Assembly (NCBI GenBank): GCA_944392135.1
Contig: CALXVQ010000003.1
Location: 8,075 to 72,074 of the forward strand
DNA from: an uncultured Rickettsiales bacterium
GTDB lineage: Bacteria > Pseudomonadota > Alphaproteobacteria > Rickettsiales > UBA1997
Direction: 5' to 3'
Length of the DNA stretch: 64,000 bases
Made by a program: the position numbers and the translations under genes
Part shown: piece by piece, positions 23,979 to 33,977 of the stretch
Position numbering within the stretch: position 1 is the first letter of the stretch
Layout of the letters: each line of letters starts with the position of its first letter
Notes under the pieces: generated by a model
The model's input: only the letters and a program-made list of their open reading frames with translations
What the model was told of the DNA's origin: nothing
Database searches by the model: none

Positions 23979-26351
23979 TTAATTAATATTTTCTATTCTA
24001 ATCGTTTGTCTTTGTAAAATAATATTCTTTTCATTAAATTTATAGAAAGTAGATAATAATATTTCATTTACAATATCTTGTTGATTATTGATATCACTAA
24101 TATAAAATCTTAATGTAAAGTCTAGATTATTATTAGCAAAACTATTAAATGCTACATATGGTGATGGTTTTTGCATAATTTTCTTATTACCATTCACTAT
24201 TTCTAATAATAAGTCCATTATTTGTTTTGGATCGTTCATATAATCTAATAAAAAATTTAAATCAACTCTCACTTGTTTATTATTTAATGTTTTATTTAAT
24301 ACAATACCAGATATTATATTTGAATTAGGAATAATAATATTTGATTTTGTTGATGTTTCTAACTGTGTTGATCTAATGTTAATTTGTCTTACAGTTCCTT
24401 CTTGTCCATTTATATTTACAATATCACCTATTTTTATTGGTCGTTCAAATAAAATTAAAATGCCAGAGACAAGATTGTTAACAATATTTTGCAAACCTAA
24501 ACCTATACCAAATGATAAAGCACCAGCAATTATTGCTAAATTGCTAAAATTACCACCGGCTACTGCTATTGCAAAAAATATAGATATTAAAAAACCAAAA
24601 AAACCAAAACCAGCAATTAAAGAATCTTTAACTCCTGCATCAATATCGGTATTTGATAATGCATTTACTAATAATTTTGTTTTAATTATTTTAAATAAGG
24701 ATAATGATACAATAAAACTAATAATTGCCAAACAAATTGACATAATAGATATTTTTACATCCCCAATATAAAAACCCATTAAAAATCTTTTTATATTTTG
24801 TATTAAAACATCAGTAGAAAAGCCCCATAAATCAAGCAAAACAAGAACTAAAACTAAAATTATTATTGAATTAATTAATAATGTTAAAAATACATCAAAT
24901 TTTAATAATTGTTTTTTATTGATTTTTAGTTTTTTTGTCCAAAATTTTAATAATAATATTCTATGTAAAAATACATTTATTAGGTTATTAATAATATATG
25001 TAATACCAATAAGAATAATAGATATTATGGATTTATTTAATATATAATATGCAAGATTAATATAACCACTAAAACAGATAAAAAATGCAATTATTGAAAA
25101 TAAATATAAAATAAATTTTATTTTTGTTTTATTATCCATTTGTATATCTTCATTATCTTCTAAAATAGAGTTTTTATCTATATTGTCTGTAAAAAATATT
25201 TTAGCAATCATCATTATACAAAATACCTTAATTAAACATGATAACATTTTAATATATGCAACGAGATTAACCGGATATTCAAATTCAATAGCTAAATATT
25301 CAAAAAATCTAATAATAAAAATTAAAATTATTGATGGAATAGTAATTATTGTAATATATTTTGCTTGTTTGTCATTAATATTAATTAATCGCCATTTTTC
25401 ATGATGCGGCACAAAAATTGCTTTTACAGCAAAGCTTAGCAAAACCATATATAGTGAATATATTAATAATTTATTAAATATAACACTAAATTGACTTTGT
25501 CTAATTAAATAATTTTGATTAATAAAAATAAGTACAATTAAAATCAAAGAACAAGGAATAATAATGTTTGAAATAAAAACTGTAATTGCAGTTTTTGTTT
25601 TGTGAATATAATCAATTTTTGTACATAACTTACAATAACCAAAATATTTTTTAATCAAAATACTAATAATTGATGTGATAAAAATTGATATAATAGAAAT
25701 TAATATAATATTTATTATATCTTCATTAATTTGTATTTTTTCTGTATTATTTAATTCATCATACCATATTATAGGAGTTTGAAAAATTTTATATGTAAAA
25801 GTTATAAATTCCTTAGTATTTTGCGAAATAAATTTTATACCAATTATATTATTTTGTCTTATTAATATATTATCTAATAAAGTTTTATTTCTAAAATTCA
25901 AAATTAATTTTTCCAATTCATTAATTTTTGCTAAAATTAAATCATTCTTTGCTATTTTTGTTTTTAATATTTTTTCTTCAATATTAAATTCTGTTCTTTT
26001 ATTATTAATAGAAATGTCTTCAATCATATTATCATTTTGTTCACCTAATGATTCTATTCTTTTTTTGACAAATTCTAAATTATCTTTATCTTCTTGTTGT
26101 GCTTCTTCTATTTGATTTTCTATTTGATTTAATATTTTAATATAGCTATTAGTTTCCTCAATATTAGTATTTTTTCCAACTATATGATTTTCTATATTTA
26201 TAAGTTGTTGATTAATATTTTCATAATTAATATCAATTGTTGATATAGCTTTTACTCTTTCAGCAATAACATTATCAATTTTTGATGTAGCAAAAGCATT
26301 ACTAAAAATTAAAATATAAACAAATAAGCTTAATATAATTTTGTTTAGCAT
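23979..26351 (-). CDS. Large mechanosensitive channel of the MscS/MscK family
   Basis: 790 aa with a signal peptide, a coiled-coil periplasmic domain, about 10 TM helices and an MscS core: GALSFGIGLGLQNIVNNLVSGILILFERPIKIGDIV. Confidence 0.85.
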   Translation of the reverse strand: MLNKIILSLFVYILIFSNAFATSKIDNVIAERVKAISTIDINYENINQQLINIENHIVGKNTNIEETNSYIKILNQIENQIEEAQQEDKDNLEFVKKRIESLGEQNDNMIEDISINNKRTEFNIEEKILKTKIAKNDLILAKINELEKLILNFRNKTLLDNILIRQNNIIGIKFISQNTKEFITFTYKIFQTPIIWYDELNNTEKIQINEDIINIILISIISIFITSIISILIKKYFGYCKLCTKIDYIHKTKTAITVFISNIIIPCSLILIVLIFINQNYLIRQSQFSVIFNKLLIYSLYMVLLSFAVKAIFVPHHEKWRLININDKQAKYITIITIPSIILIFIIRFFEYLAIEFEYPVNLVAYIKMLSCLIKVFCIMMIAKIFFTDNIDKNSILEDNEDIQMDNKTKIKFILYLFSIIAFFICFSGYINLAYYILNKSIISIILIGITYIINNLINVFLHRILLLKFWTKKLKINKKQLLKFDVFLTLLINSIIILVLVLVLLDLWGFSTDVLIQNIKRFLMGFYIGDVKISIMSICLAIISFIVSLSLFKIIKTKLLVNALSNTDIDAGVKDSLIAGFGFFGFLISIFFAIAVAGGNFSNLAIIAGALSFGIGLGLQNIVNNLVSGILILFERPIKIGDIVNINGQEGTVRQINIRSTQLETSTKSNIIIPNSNIISGIVLNKTLNNKQVRVDLNFLLDYMNDPKQIMDLLLEIVNGNKKIMQKPSPYVAFNSFANNNLDFTLRFYISDINNQQDIVNEILLSTFYKFNEKNIILQRQTIRIENIN

Positions 26352-26488
26352 AAAAAAATATATATAATATTATACACAATCTATAATAGAAATTATAAAT
26401 AACAAGTTTTTTATATTAAAGAAAATTTTTTCTTGAAATAAAGAAAATATACATTATATTTTTTATAAATAATTTAATATAAGATTTT

Positions 26489-28471
26489 ATGAAAAATAAT
26501 ATGTTTTTCAAAAAGGAAAAAATTTCCAAGGTTAAACTTTTGTTATCTGTTATTTTAATAGTTGTAGTATTAATTATATGTCTTAAAGAAGATAATAGTA
26601 TCAATAAAATAATAGTTGAACAAATTAGAACCCATATTGAAAATAATAATAATAAAAAAATAGCGGAGAAAAAGAAAATGGTTGATGAAAAGTTAAAAGA
26701 CTTACCTAGATGGAATTTAGCAGATTTATATGATTCAATAGAAGATGAAAGAATTGAGTTAAATTTAGATGAACTCAAAGATATGATTAATGATTTTCAG
26801 GATTATAAAGGTAAAATAGGCTTACTAAATGGTAAGGGATTATATGAAGCTATAATTGCTTATGAAAATATACAAGAATTAATGGCTAAATTAGCTAGTT
26901 ATTCTTATTTAAAATATTCAGAAGATACATCATTGGATGACAATGTAAAATTTTATCAAAGAATTAAAGAAGAATTAAATAATTTATATACTGACACTTT
27001 ATTTTTCCCATTAGAATTAAATAAAATTTCAGATGCTAGATTGCAACAATTATTTAAACAATCAAGATCATTATCAGTATATAGACAAGTTATAGAAGAT
27101 ATTAGAGTTGAAAAACCACATCAATTAAATGAAGATTTAGAAAAACTATTTTTAGATAAATCTTTAACAAGTAATGAATCTTGGATTAGATTATATGATG
27201 AATTAATGAATAATATTCAATTTGAATATAATGGTAAAAAGTATAATCAAGCACAATTCTTAACATTAATGAATGGAAAAGATGAAAAAGTTAGAGCAGA
27301 AACATCTAAAATATTTGGTGAGACACTTGCTAAACACGGAAAAATTATTACTTTAATTACAAATACATTAGCAAAAGATAAAGAAATTAGTGATAGATGG
27401 AGAAAATTTAAAACACCAATATCATCTAGAAATTTAAGTAATTTAATAGAAGATGATGTTGTAGATTCATTAAGAGAAACAGTAAAAAAGAACTATGCAA
27501 ACACAGCACATAGATATTATAAATGGAAAGCAAAAGAATTAGGCAAAGCAAAATTAGATTATTATGATAGAAATGCTCCATTACCATATGATGATGATAA
27601 AATTTATACTTGGCCGGAAGCAAAAGAATTAGTTTTATTAGCATATAGTGATTTTTCACCACAAATGGCAGAAATAGCACAAGAGTTCTTTGATAATAAT
27701 TGGATTGATGCACCAACAAAACCTGGTAAAATGAGTGGTGGTTATATGATGCCTACTACACCTAAGGCACATCCTTATATCTTATTAAATTATCAAGGAA
27801 AAGCAGAAGATGTATCAACATTAGCTCACGAGTTAGGACATGGTATACATCAAACACTTGCTGACAAAAATGGTTATTTAATGTCTAGAACTCCTTTGAC
27901 ATTAGCAGAAACAGCATCTGTTTTTGGAGAACAACTTACTTTTAGAAAAATATTAAATCAAGAAACTGATATACAAAAGAAAAAAGCTATTTTAGCTAGC
28001 AAAATTGAAGATATGCTAAATACTGTTGTTAGACAAATAGCATTTCTTGAATTTGAATTAAAAGTTCACAATGAAAGAAAGAATGGTGAATTGACAATAG
28101 ACAGAATTAATGAAATATGGTTAGAAACACAAAAAGAAAGTTTAGGTGAAGATGTATTTAAATTTAATGATGAATATAAATATTATTGGATGTATATTCC
28201 ACATTTTATTCACTCCCCATTCTATGTTTATTCATATGCTTTTGGTGATTGTTTAGTAAATTCTTTATATGGTATTTATTTACAAGAACCAGATGGTTTT
28301 GAAGAAAAATATATTACATTATTACAAGCTGGAAGTACACAAAGATATGATGAATTACTAAAACCATTCAATTTAGATCCTAATAATCCAGAATTCTGGC
28401 AGAATGGTTTAAATGTTATTAGTAGTTTTATAGATGAGTTAGAATCTATGGATGATACTTCTAATCAATAA
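26489..28471 (+). CDS. pepF: Oligoendopeptidase F (M3B family)
   Basis: Contains the HELGHGIH zinc motif and an LPRWNLADLY N-terminal region. The tracked start adds a hydrophobic segment. An alternative start at ATG 26678 (MVDEKLKDLPRW...) is equally plausible. Confidence 0.85.
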   Translation: MKNNMFFKKEKISKVKLLLSVILIVVVLIICLKEDNSINKIIVEQIRTHIENNNNKKIAEKKKMVDEKLKDLPRWNLADLYDSIEDERIELNLDELKDMINDFQDYKGKIGLLNGKGLYEAIIAYENIQELMAKLASYSYLKYSEDTSLDDNVKFYQRIKEELNNLYTDTLFFPLELNKISDARLQQLFKQSRSLSVYRQVIEDIRVEKPHQLNEDLEKLFLDKSLTSNESWIRLYDELMNNIQFEYNGKKYNQAQFLTLMNGKDEKVRAETSKIFGETLAKHGKIITLITNTLAKDKEISDRWRKFKTPISSRNLSNLIEDDVVDSLRETVKKNYANTAHRYYKWKAKELGKAKLDYYDRNAPLPYDDDKIYTWPEAKELVLLAYSDFSPQMAEIAQEFFDNNWIDAPTKPGKMSGGYMMPTTPKAHPYILLNYQGKAEDVSTLAHELGHGIHQTLADKNGYLMSRTPLTLAETASVFGEQLTFRKILNQETDIQKKKAILASKIEDMLNTVVRQIAFLEFELKVHNERKNGELTIDRINEIWLETQKESLGEDVFKFNDEYKYYWMYIPHFIHSPFYVYSYAFGDCLVNSLYGIYLQEPDGFEEKYITLLQAGSTQRYDELLKPFNLDPNNPEFWQNGLNVISSFIDELESMDDTSNQ

Positions 28472-28492
28472 TTTTAAAAATAGATAAAAATA

Positions 28493-28520
28493 AATAAGGG
28501 AAGTATATTCCCTTATTTTT
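28493..28520 (+). terminator. Rho-independent terminator after pepF
   Basis: AATAAGGGAA-GTATA-TTCCCTTATT followed by TTT. Confidence 0.6.
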
Positions 28521-28599
28521 GTATTTGATATAGTAAGAGATGAGATTATCATTTATTAAATTAATTCTTTGATTTAGTAAGAAGTGATGAATGCTTTTT

Positions 28600-29490
28600 A
28601 TTTTTATTTTTATATTAGCTATTGGTAGTTGCGGATTGTTTCGCTTCTTTTATAATGATGAAGGGGATAAATGGTGGTAAATTCTTTTATTTTTCTGCGA
28701 ATGAATAAAATAATAGTGATTATGGATTGCCACAGGCCTTCGGCCTTCGCAATGACGAAGGGTGGTGAGTAGTGGTTTGTGGGGGCTTGCCTCCCTTTGT
28801 AAGGGGGGAAGTTGCGAAGCAACAGGGGGGTTGAGAAAAAAATTGAAAATTGAAGATTGAAAATTAATATTTCATTTAAAATTAATTCTTTAACTTGATG
28901 AATAATAGTGATTTCTTTTTATTTTCTGTTTTTGTATTAACTTTTTGTGATTTATGGATTGCTTCGTCGTTTCACTCCTCGCAATGACAGTACCCCCACA
29001 CCGTCATTGCGAGGGCTTGAAAAGCCCGTGGCAATCTATAAGAAATTGAAAATTAAAAATTGAAAATTGAAAATTAATTCTTTAATTTGATAAATAATAG
29101 TGAATTCTTTTCTTTTCTGTTTTTGTATTAACTTTTTGTGGTTTATGGATTGCTTCGTCGTTTCACTCCTCGCAATGACAGTACCCCCACACTGTCATTG
29201 CGAGAATTGCTTTTGCAATTCGTGGCAATCTCAGTATGGCGACAACTCTCGTGGTGTTGGGTATCTTACCCGACACCAAATGCTATCAAAAATTGAATTC
29301 ACAAATTAATGTTGTAAAACTTCACTATTTGAAAGCCTTCGGTATGGGGTCAGGAGACCCCACACCACAGTAGAGTGAATTCTTTTTCTTTTCTGTTTTT
29401 GTATTAACTTTTTGTGATTTATGGATTGCTTTGTTATCTTGCTCCCTGCAATGACGAAAAAAAGAGCTGTCATTGTGAGAACCAAAGGTA
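28600..29490. repeat. Cluster A of composite palindromic repeats (RPE/MITE-like)
   Basis: There are at least 4 palindromic cores built on GGATTGC...CGCAATGAC / GTCATTGCG...GCAATC (about 28725, 28955, 29140, 29420). A CCTCCCTTTGTAAGGGGGGAAG...CAGGGGGGTTGAG module is also present. TTGAAAA heptamer tracts lie at 28843-28865 and 29046-29075. A unit of ~190 bp is repeated about 2.5 times. Confidence 0.8.
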
Positions 29491-29588
29491 CATGATAATT
29501 TATTATTTATAAAATATATAACAATTACTATATAAAAACTTGTATTATTATATAACTGGTAAAATAAATTAAATAACTATTATAATTT

Positions 29589-30548
29589 TTAAAAGAAAAA
29601 TTTTAAACCTATATCCACATTATGTATTTGTGGAAAACTGAACTTTTCTGTTGATTTTACAAAAGTAGGATTATAGTAAGTTTCTCCTGTAAAACTACTT
29701 GAAGATATAATTCTTGTAAAAGTTTGTTCCATATCTTGTACGAATAAAGCTCTATAACCTAAATACAACACAATTTGATTATTCACAAAACCATAAGCCA
29801 ACCCAACCATTGCTTGGGCACCTAAAACATTAGATTTACCTTCATTTACAAGACTGGTAAAATCACCACTCACCATACCAGCACCTATACCAACATATGG
29901 TCTAAGTTTCGAATTTGCACTTGTCTTTTCAAAAATAAAATTTAGCATATAAGTTTTTACAGAAAATTCTGCAACTGGCAACATATTGTTTGTTAAAATA
30001 GAATTAGCACCATCAGTGGTTATAGTACCAGATGTTTGTAAATATTGATTAAATATTATACCATTACCAGTGCCAGCACCAGTATATTTTTTAAAATTTG
30101 AACCATAATTATCAGTTTCTAATGTCATTTCAGAATATTCTAACTCAATTCTAAAACCATTTCTCCAATATAAACCACCAGATGCAAAAAAATTAAAATT
30201 ATCTTGTATCTGCCATTTATTAATTTTATTGAAATATGTACCACTTGCACTGTAATTTAAGTTGGATTCTAATTCCATGTCTCCAACTTTTGAATATCTA
30301 CCACCGGCACCCATATAAAATCGTACATCAGTAATTTTAATTTCTTCTTCACCTTTTGTATATTTTAACTTACCTTTATATTGATTAGGTATAGTAAGAG
30401 ATTCTTGATATTGTATATTTTGAAATTTATCTCTTTGATCTGTATTTAAGTCTTCTGTTTCTAAATCGTATGGAATAATAATTCTCGTAGCACCAAAAAC
30501 ATTGCTACTAATAATAAAAAATAAAATAAATAATTTTTTGTTTATCAT
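29589..30548 (-). CDS. Outer-membrane beta-barrel protein
   Basis: Has a signal peptide, an alternating amphipathic strand pattern and the C-terminal OMP signature ...DIGLKFFF. Confidence 0.6.
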   Translation of the reverse strand: MINKKLFILFFIISSNVFGATRIIIPYDLETEDLNTDQRDKFQNIQYQESLTIPNQYKGKLKYTKGEEEIKITDVRFYMGAGGRYSKVGDMELESNLNYSASGTYFNKINKWQIQDNFNFFASGGLYWRNGFRIELEYSEMTLETDNYGSNFKKYTGAGTGNGIIFNQYLQTSGTITTDGANSILTNNMLPVAEFSVKTYMLNFIFEKTSANSKLRPYVGIGAGMVSGDFTSLVNEGKSNVLGAQAMVGLAYGFVNNQIVLYLGYRALFVQDMEQTFTRIISSSSFTGETYYNPTFVKSTEKFSFPQIHNVDIGLKFFF

Positions 30549-30627
30549 AAAAAATTTAATAATATATTAAGAATAAGTATATAATTGATAATATATTTTT
30601 CAAGATATTTTAAATAATAATAGTATA

Positions 30628-31392
30628 TTATTCAATTATAAATTTTAATAAATCTTTTGATGTATTCGCTATTAAATCAGCACCAGCATCTATAAGTTTA
30701 TTAATATATTCTTGTTTATATGGTTCATATTTCATACCGGCTGTATAACCAATTATTTTAACATTGATTTTACTATCAAGAGTATTTTTAAAATTATTGC
30801 TTGCTATGCAACCAGTTTTTGAATCTTCTACAATAAATAAAGTATCATTTTCTGTTAGTTGTAAATTGTTTCTTTTTATAATATCATTAAATGCATAAAA
30901 ATATATATCAGGACTAGGCTTAAATTTACAATCGCTTATAGCTCCACATAAATAAATATTGTAATCTAATTTAAAAATAGAATCTAAAATAGGACTATTC
31001 ACTTTACTATTTTTGATTTCAAAACCTTTTGGGTAAGAAGAAGTTGTAATACACATAAAAATATCTTTTTGTTTTGCAATTTCTCCAATAATATTGTCAA
31101 CACTATCTATAACTTTAATATCACCTTTTTTTAAACTAGCAAAATATTTATCATAATATATTCTAATATCATCAGAACTAATATCATTTGCATTAGCTAT
31201 ATAACCTTGTTTTTCCATTTTATTTAAAAAACCTTCTGGATGATTTCCAGAAATAAACTTATAAAAAAAATTATCATCAAGATTTTTTAAACCCAATTTT
31301 TTCTCATTTAGAAAATAAATTAATGAATTTTTGTAAGCAGTTTCTGTATCTACAAGGGTTCCATCATAATCCCAAAAAACTATTTTAGTCAT
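30628..31392 (-). CDS. HAD-superfamily hydrolase
   Basis: Motif I is FWDYDGTLVDTE and motif IV is VEDSKTG. Confidence 0.7.
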   Translation of the reverse strand: MTKIVFWDYDGTLVDTETAYKNSLIYFLNEKKLGLKNLDDNFFYKFISGNHPEGFLNKMEKQGYIANANDISSDDIRIYYDKYFASLKKGDIKVIDSVDNIIGEIAKQKDIFMCITTSSYPKGFEIKNSKVNSPILDSIFKLDYNIYLCGAISDCKFKPSPDIYFYAFNDIIKRNNLQLTENDTLFIVEDSKTGCIASNNFKNTLDSKINVKIIGYTAGMKYEPYKQEYINKLIDAGADLIANTSKDLLKFIIE

Positions 31393-31524
31393 AATATTGT
31401 ATTTCTTGCATAATACAATATTTTATTTTACAATACTTAGTTTGTCAATAATAATATTTTATCTTGACTATTAGCTAATAATGTTTTAAAATGTCGGTAG
31501 ATTTTTATTTATAATATTTTTTTA

Positions 31525-31791
31525 ATGTATAGTATTTTTTTAATTTTTATTGGTTTAATGATTGGAATATTAAATTCTTTAGCATTAAAGTGGACTATTA
31601 AAAAAATATTGGAGAAAAAAAGTGTAGCAGTTGCTATATCAAGTTTACTCATTAGATTATTCATTATTGCAACAATAGTATATGTATTTTTAGATAAAAA
31701 GTGGCAAAATGCTATTTTAATGCTGATTGGTTTTACTGTTGCGAAAGTATTTTTTATAATTTTAGCAAAAATTCAAAGGACAAAAAAATGA
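31525..31791 (+). CDS. Small membrane protein, AtpI/AtpR-like by position
   Basis: 88 aa with 3 hydrophobic helices. Its stop overlaps (ATGA) the atpB start. The assignment rests on context only. Confidence 0.4.
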   Translation: MYSIFLIFIGLMIGILNSLALKWTIKKILEKKSVAVAISSLLIRLFIIATIVYVFLDKKWQNAILMLIGFTVAKVFFIILAKIQRTKK

Positions 31792-32453
31792 ATATTACAC
31801 CAGATCAAATAATTGTATGGCAAAATGGTTTTTTCAAGATAAATAATACAATTCTATTCACTTGGATATTGATGGCTTTTGTTATTACAGTGGCAATAAT
31901 TTTAAGATTAGCTTTAACACATGAAAAAAATATTGGCAAATTACAAAATTTTTTTGAAGTGTTAATTTATGGTATAAAAGATCAGGTTGAAAAGATGGGA
32001 AAAGTTGATATAAATTTTGTATTTCCTTTTATTGCAACAATGTTTTTATTTATATTAGGTGCTAATTTATTACAGATTATTCCTTATTTTTATTCACCAA
32101 CAGCTTCATTATCAACCAATGTTGCTCTTGTAATTGTTACAGTTTCATTAGGACTTATATATGGTATTAGACAAGTTGGTGTCTTAGGTTATTTAAAAAA
32201 ATATTTAAAACCAACCCCAATTATGTTAGTTATGAATATAATTAGTGATATTTCTAGTAATTGTGCCTTAGCTATTAGGTTATATGGAAATATGATGAGT
32301 GGTATGATTATTACAGCAGTTGTTTCTCAAATAGTATTTTTAGCTTTTGGTTTTCCAATATTTTTAAGTATACTAACTTTTATAAGTAGTGTAATACAAG
32401 CTTATATATTTTCCGTATTATCATTAGTATTTATTATTTCTGCTGAAAACTAA
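31788..32453 (+). CDS. atpB: ATP synthase subunit a
   Basis: Starts at ATG 31788 (MNITPDQII...). ALAIRLYGNMMSGMII contains the conserved stator Arg, and the C-terminus is QAYIFSVLSLVFI. The tracked start at 31701 overlaps the upstream gene. Confidence 0.85.
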   Translation: MNITPDQIIVWQNGFFKINNTILFTWILMAFVITVAIILRLALTHEKNIGKLQNFFEVLIYGIKDQVEKMGKVDINFVFPFIATMFLFILGANLLQIIPYFYSPTASLSTNVALVIVTVSLGLIYGIRQVGVLGYLKKYLKPTPIMLVMNIISDISSNCALAIRLYGNMMSGMIITAVVSQIVFLAFGFPIFLSILTFISSVIQAYIFSVLSLVFIISAEN

Positions 32454-32458
32454 TTAAA

Positions 32459-33604
32459 CTAATCATAAGGTACTAATTTTTCTATTACTGAATTAAGTAA
32501 TAGAAAACCTTTTTTTGTTAATTTAATATTATTTTCATTGGCATGAATTAAATTTAATTTAGTGAGAAATTCTATATTCTCTTTATCTAAAATATCATAA
32601 AAACTATTACAATCTATATTTTTTTGTAGATTTTCTATTTTAATACCATCTTTGATTCTTAGTCCCATTATTAAATATTCCTCTATGATTTCCTGTTTTA
32701 ATAATAAATTTTTAATACTAATACCATTTTTATTTTTTAATGTTTTATCAAGCCAATTTAGTGGTTTTTTTAAATTTTGAATACTATATCTTTTTTGATT
32801 AATATTTATTCGTCCATGTGCTCCCGCTCCTATACCAACCCATTCACCATTATTCCAGTAAACTAAATTATGTTTACATTCATAACCGCTTTTAGTATAA
32901 TTAGAAATTTCATATTGAAATATATTGTTTTTTTCAAGTATATTATTTGTTTCTTCATAAAGTTTTGTAGCTATATCTTCATTAGGTGTTTGAACTTTAT
33001 TTCTATAAAAAGGAGTTCCTTTTTCTATTATAAGTTGATATAAAGAAATATGAAATGGTGATAATTGTATAGCTTCATTTAATTCTTCTTTCCATTCATT
33101 TAAATTTTGATTAGGCCTCCCATAAATTAAGTCTATTGAATATTTATCGTTAAAAATTTTTTGTGCTGTATTTATTGCTTCTATTGCTTCATTCCGGTTA
33201 TGTATTCTTCCTAAAAATTTTAAATCTCTATCAATTAATGACTGCACCCCTATTGATAGTCTATTTATGCCAATATCTTTAAAACTTTTTAATTTTTCAT
33301 AATTGATGCTGTTTGGGTTGCTTTCTAAACTTATTTCACAATTTTGATTAATTTTGTATAATGAATTAATTTTATTCATTATATTACTCAAAAGTTTTTC
33401 ACTCATAAGTGATGGTGTGCCACCACCAAAATATATTGTGTCAATTATTTTATCTTTAATAATATCTTTATAGTATTCAATTTCATTAAGATAAGCTTTA
33501 ATTAATTCTTCTTCTTCAATATTTAAATTACAATAAGAATTAAAATCACAATAAGGACATTTAGACTTGCAAAATGGGTAATGAATATAAATTGAAATTG
33601 ACAT
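32459..33604 (-). CDS. hemW: Radical SAM HemW/HemN-like heme chaperone (coproporphyrinogen III oxidase family)
   Basis: IYIHYPFCKSKCPYCDF (CxxxCxxC) and GGGTPS. Confidence 0.85.
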   Translation of the reverse strand: MSISIYIHYPFCKSKCPYCDFNSYCNLNIEEEELIKAYLNEIEYYKDIIKDKIIDTIYFGGGTPSLMSEKLLSNIMNKINSLYKINQNCEISLESNPNSINYEKLKSFKDIGINRLSIGVQSLIDRDLKFLGRIHNRNEAIEAINTAQKIFNDKYSIDLIYGRPNQNLNEWKEELNEAIQLSPFHISLYQLIIEKGTPFYRNKVQTPNEDIATKLYEETNNILEKNNIFQYEISNYTKSGYECKHNLVYWNNGEWVGIGAGAHGRININQKRYSIQNLKKPLNWLDKTLKNKNGISIKNLLLKQEIIEEYLIMGLRIKDGIKIENLQKNIDCNSFYDILDKENIEFLTKLNLIHANENNIKLTKKGFLLLNSVIEKLVPYD

Positions 33605-33739
33605 AAATAAACTAAATATTTTTATGAGTATAAAATATTTTTTTTATAAGTCTATAATAAATGTTAATTTTTCTTGAAAAAATAAATTTAAGATATATAA
33701 TTTTCTTATATTTTTAATATTATTAATATAAGGAAAAAA

Positions 33740-33949
33740 ATGGCTACAAAAAATAACCCTAAAAATAAAGGTGCATCTGGTGGCAAGAAAATGTATGATG
33801 GAAAGGAAGTTGAACCAATTAAATATGTTGGTTTATATGCTGGCGATGGTATTTATATGTCAGCTAAATATGCTAAAACTAACAACATTATAATGGATGC
33901 CAATGGAAAACCTATTACATGGAAAAGTATTCCAGTTGTAGAAGAATAA
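33740..33949 (+). CDS. Hypothetical small protein (69 aa)
   Basis: Tracked ORF with AAGGAAAAAAATG as a ribosome-binding-site-like context, directly upstream of the giant gene. No motif recognised. Confidence 0.4.
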   Translation: MATKNNPKNKGASGGKKMYDGKEVEPIKYVGLYAGDGIYMSAKYAKTNNIIMDANGKPITWKSIPVVEE

Positions 33950-33977
33950 AATTCTTTTTAATTATTTTGAGGTATAA

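Noticed and set aside
26416-26778. ORF 26416..26778 (minus), overlapping the start of pepF.
   Set aside because: It is low-complexity, antisense to the pepF 5' region and has no recognisable features. The N-terminal hydrophobic extension of pepF itself is also uncertain (alternative start at 26678).
28619-29309. ORFs 28619..28822 (minus) and 29100..29309 (plus) in the repeat desert.
   Set aside because: They are read-throughs of the palindromic repeat cores (…SLRGLKSPWQS…/…WIASSFHSSQ-type translations), as happens with Rickettsia palindromic elements. There is no start context and no conservation outside the repeat.
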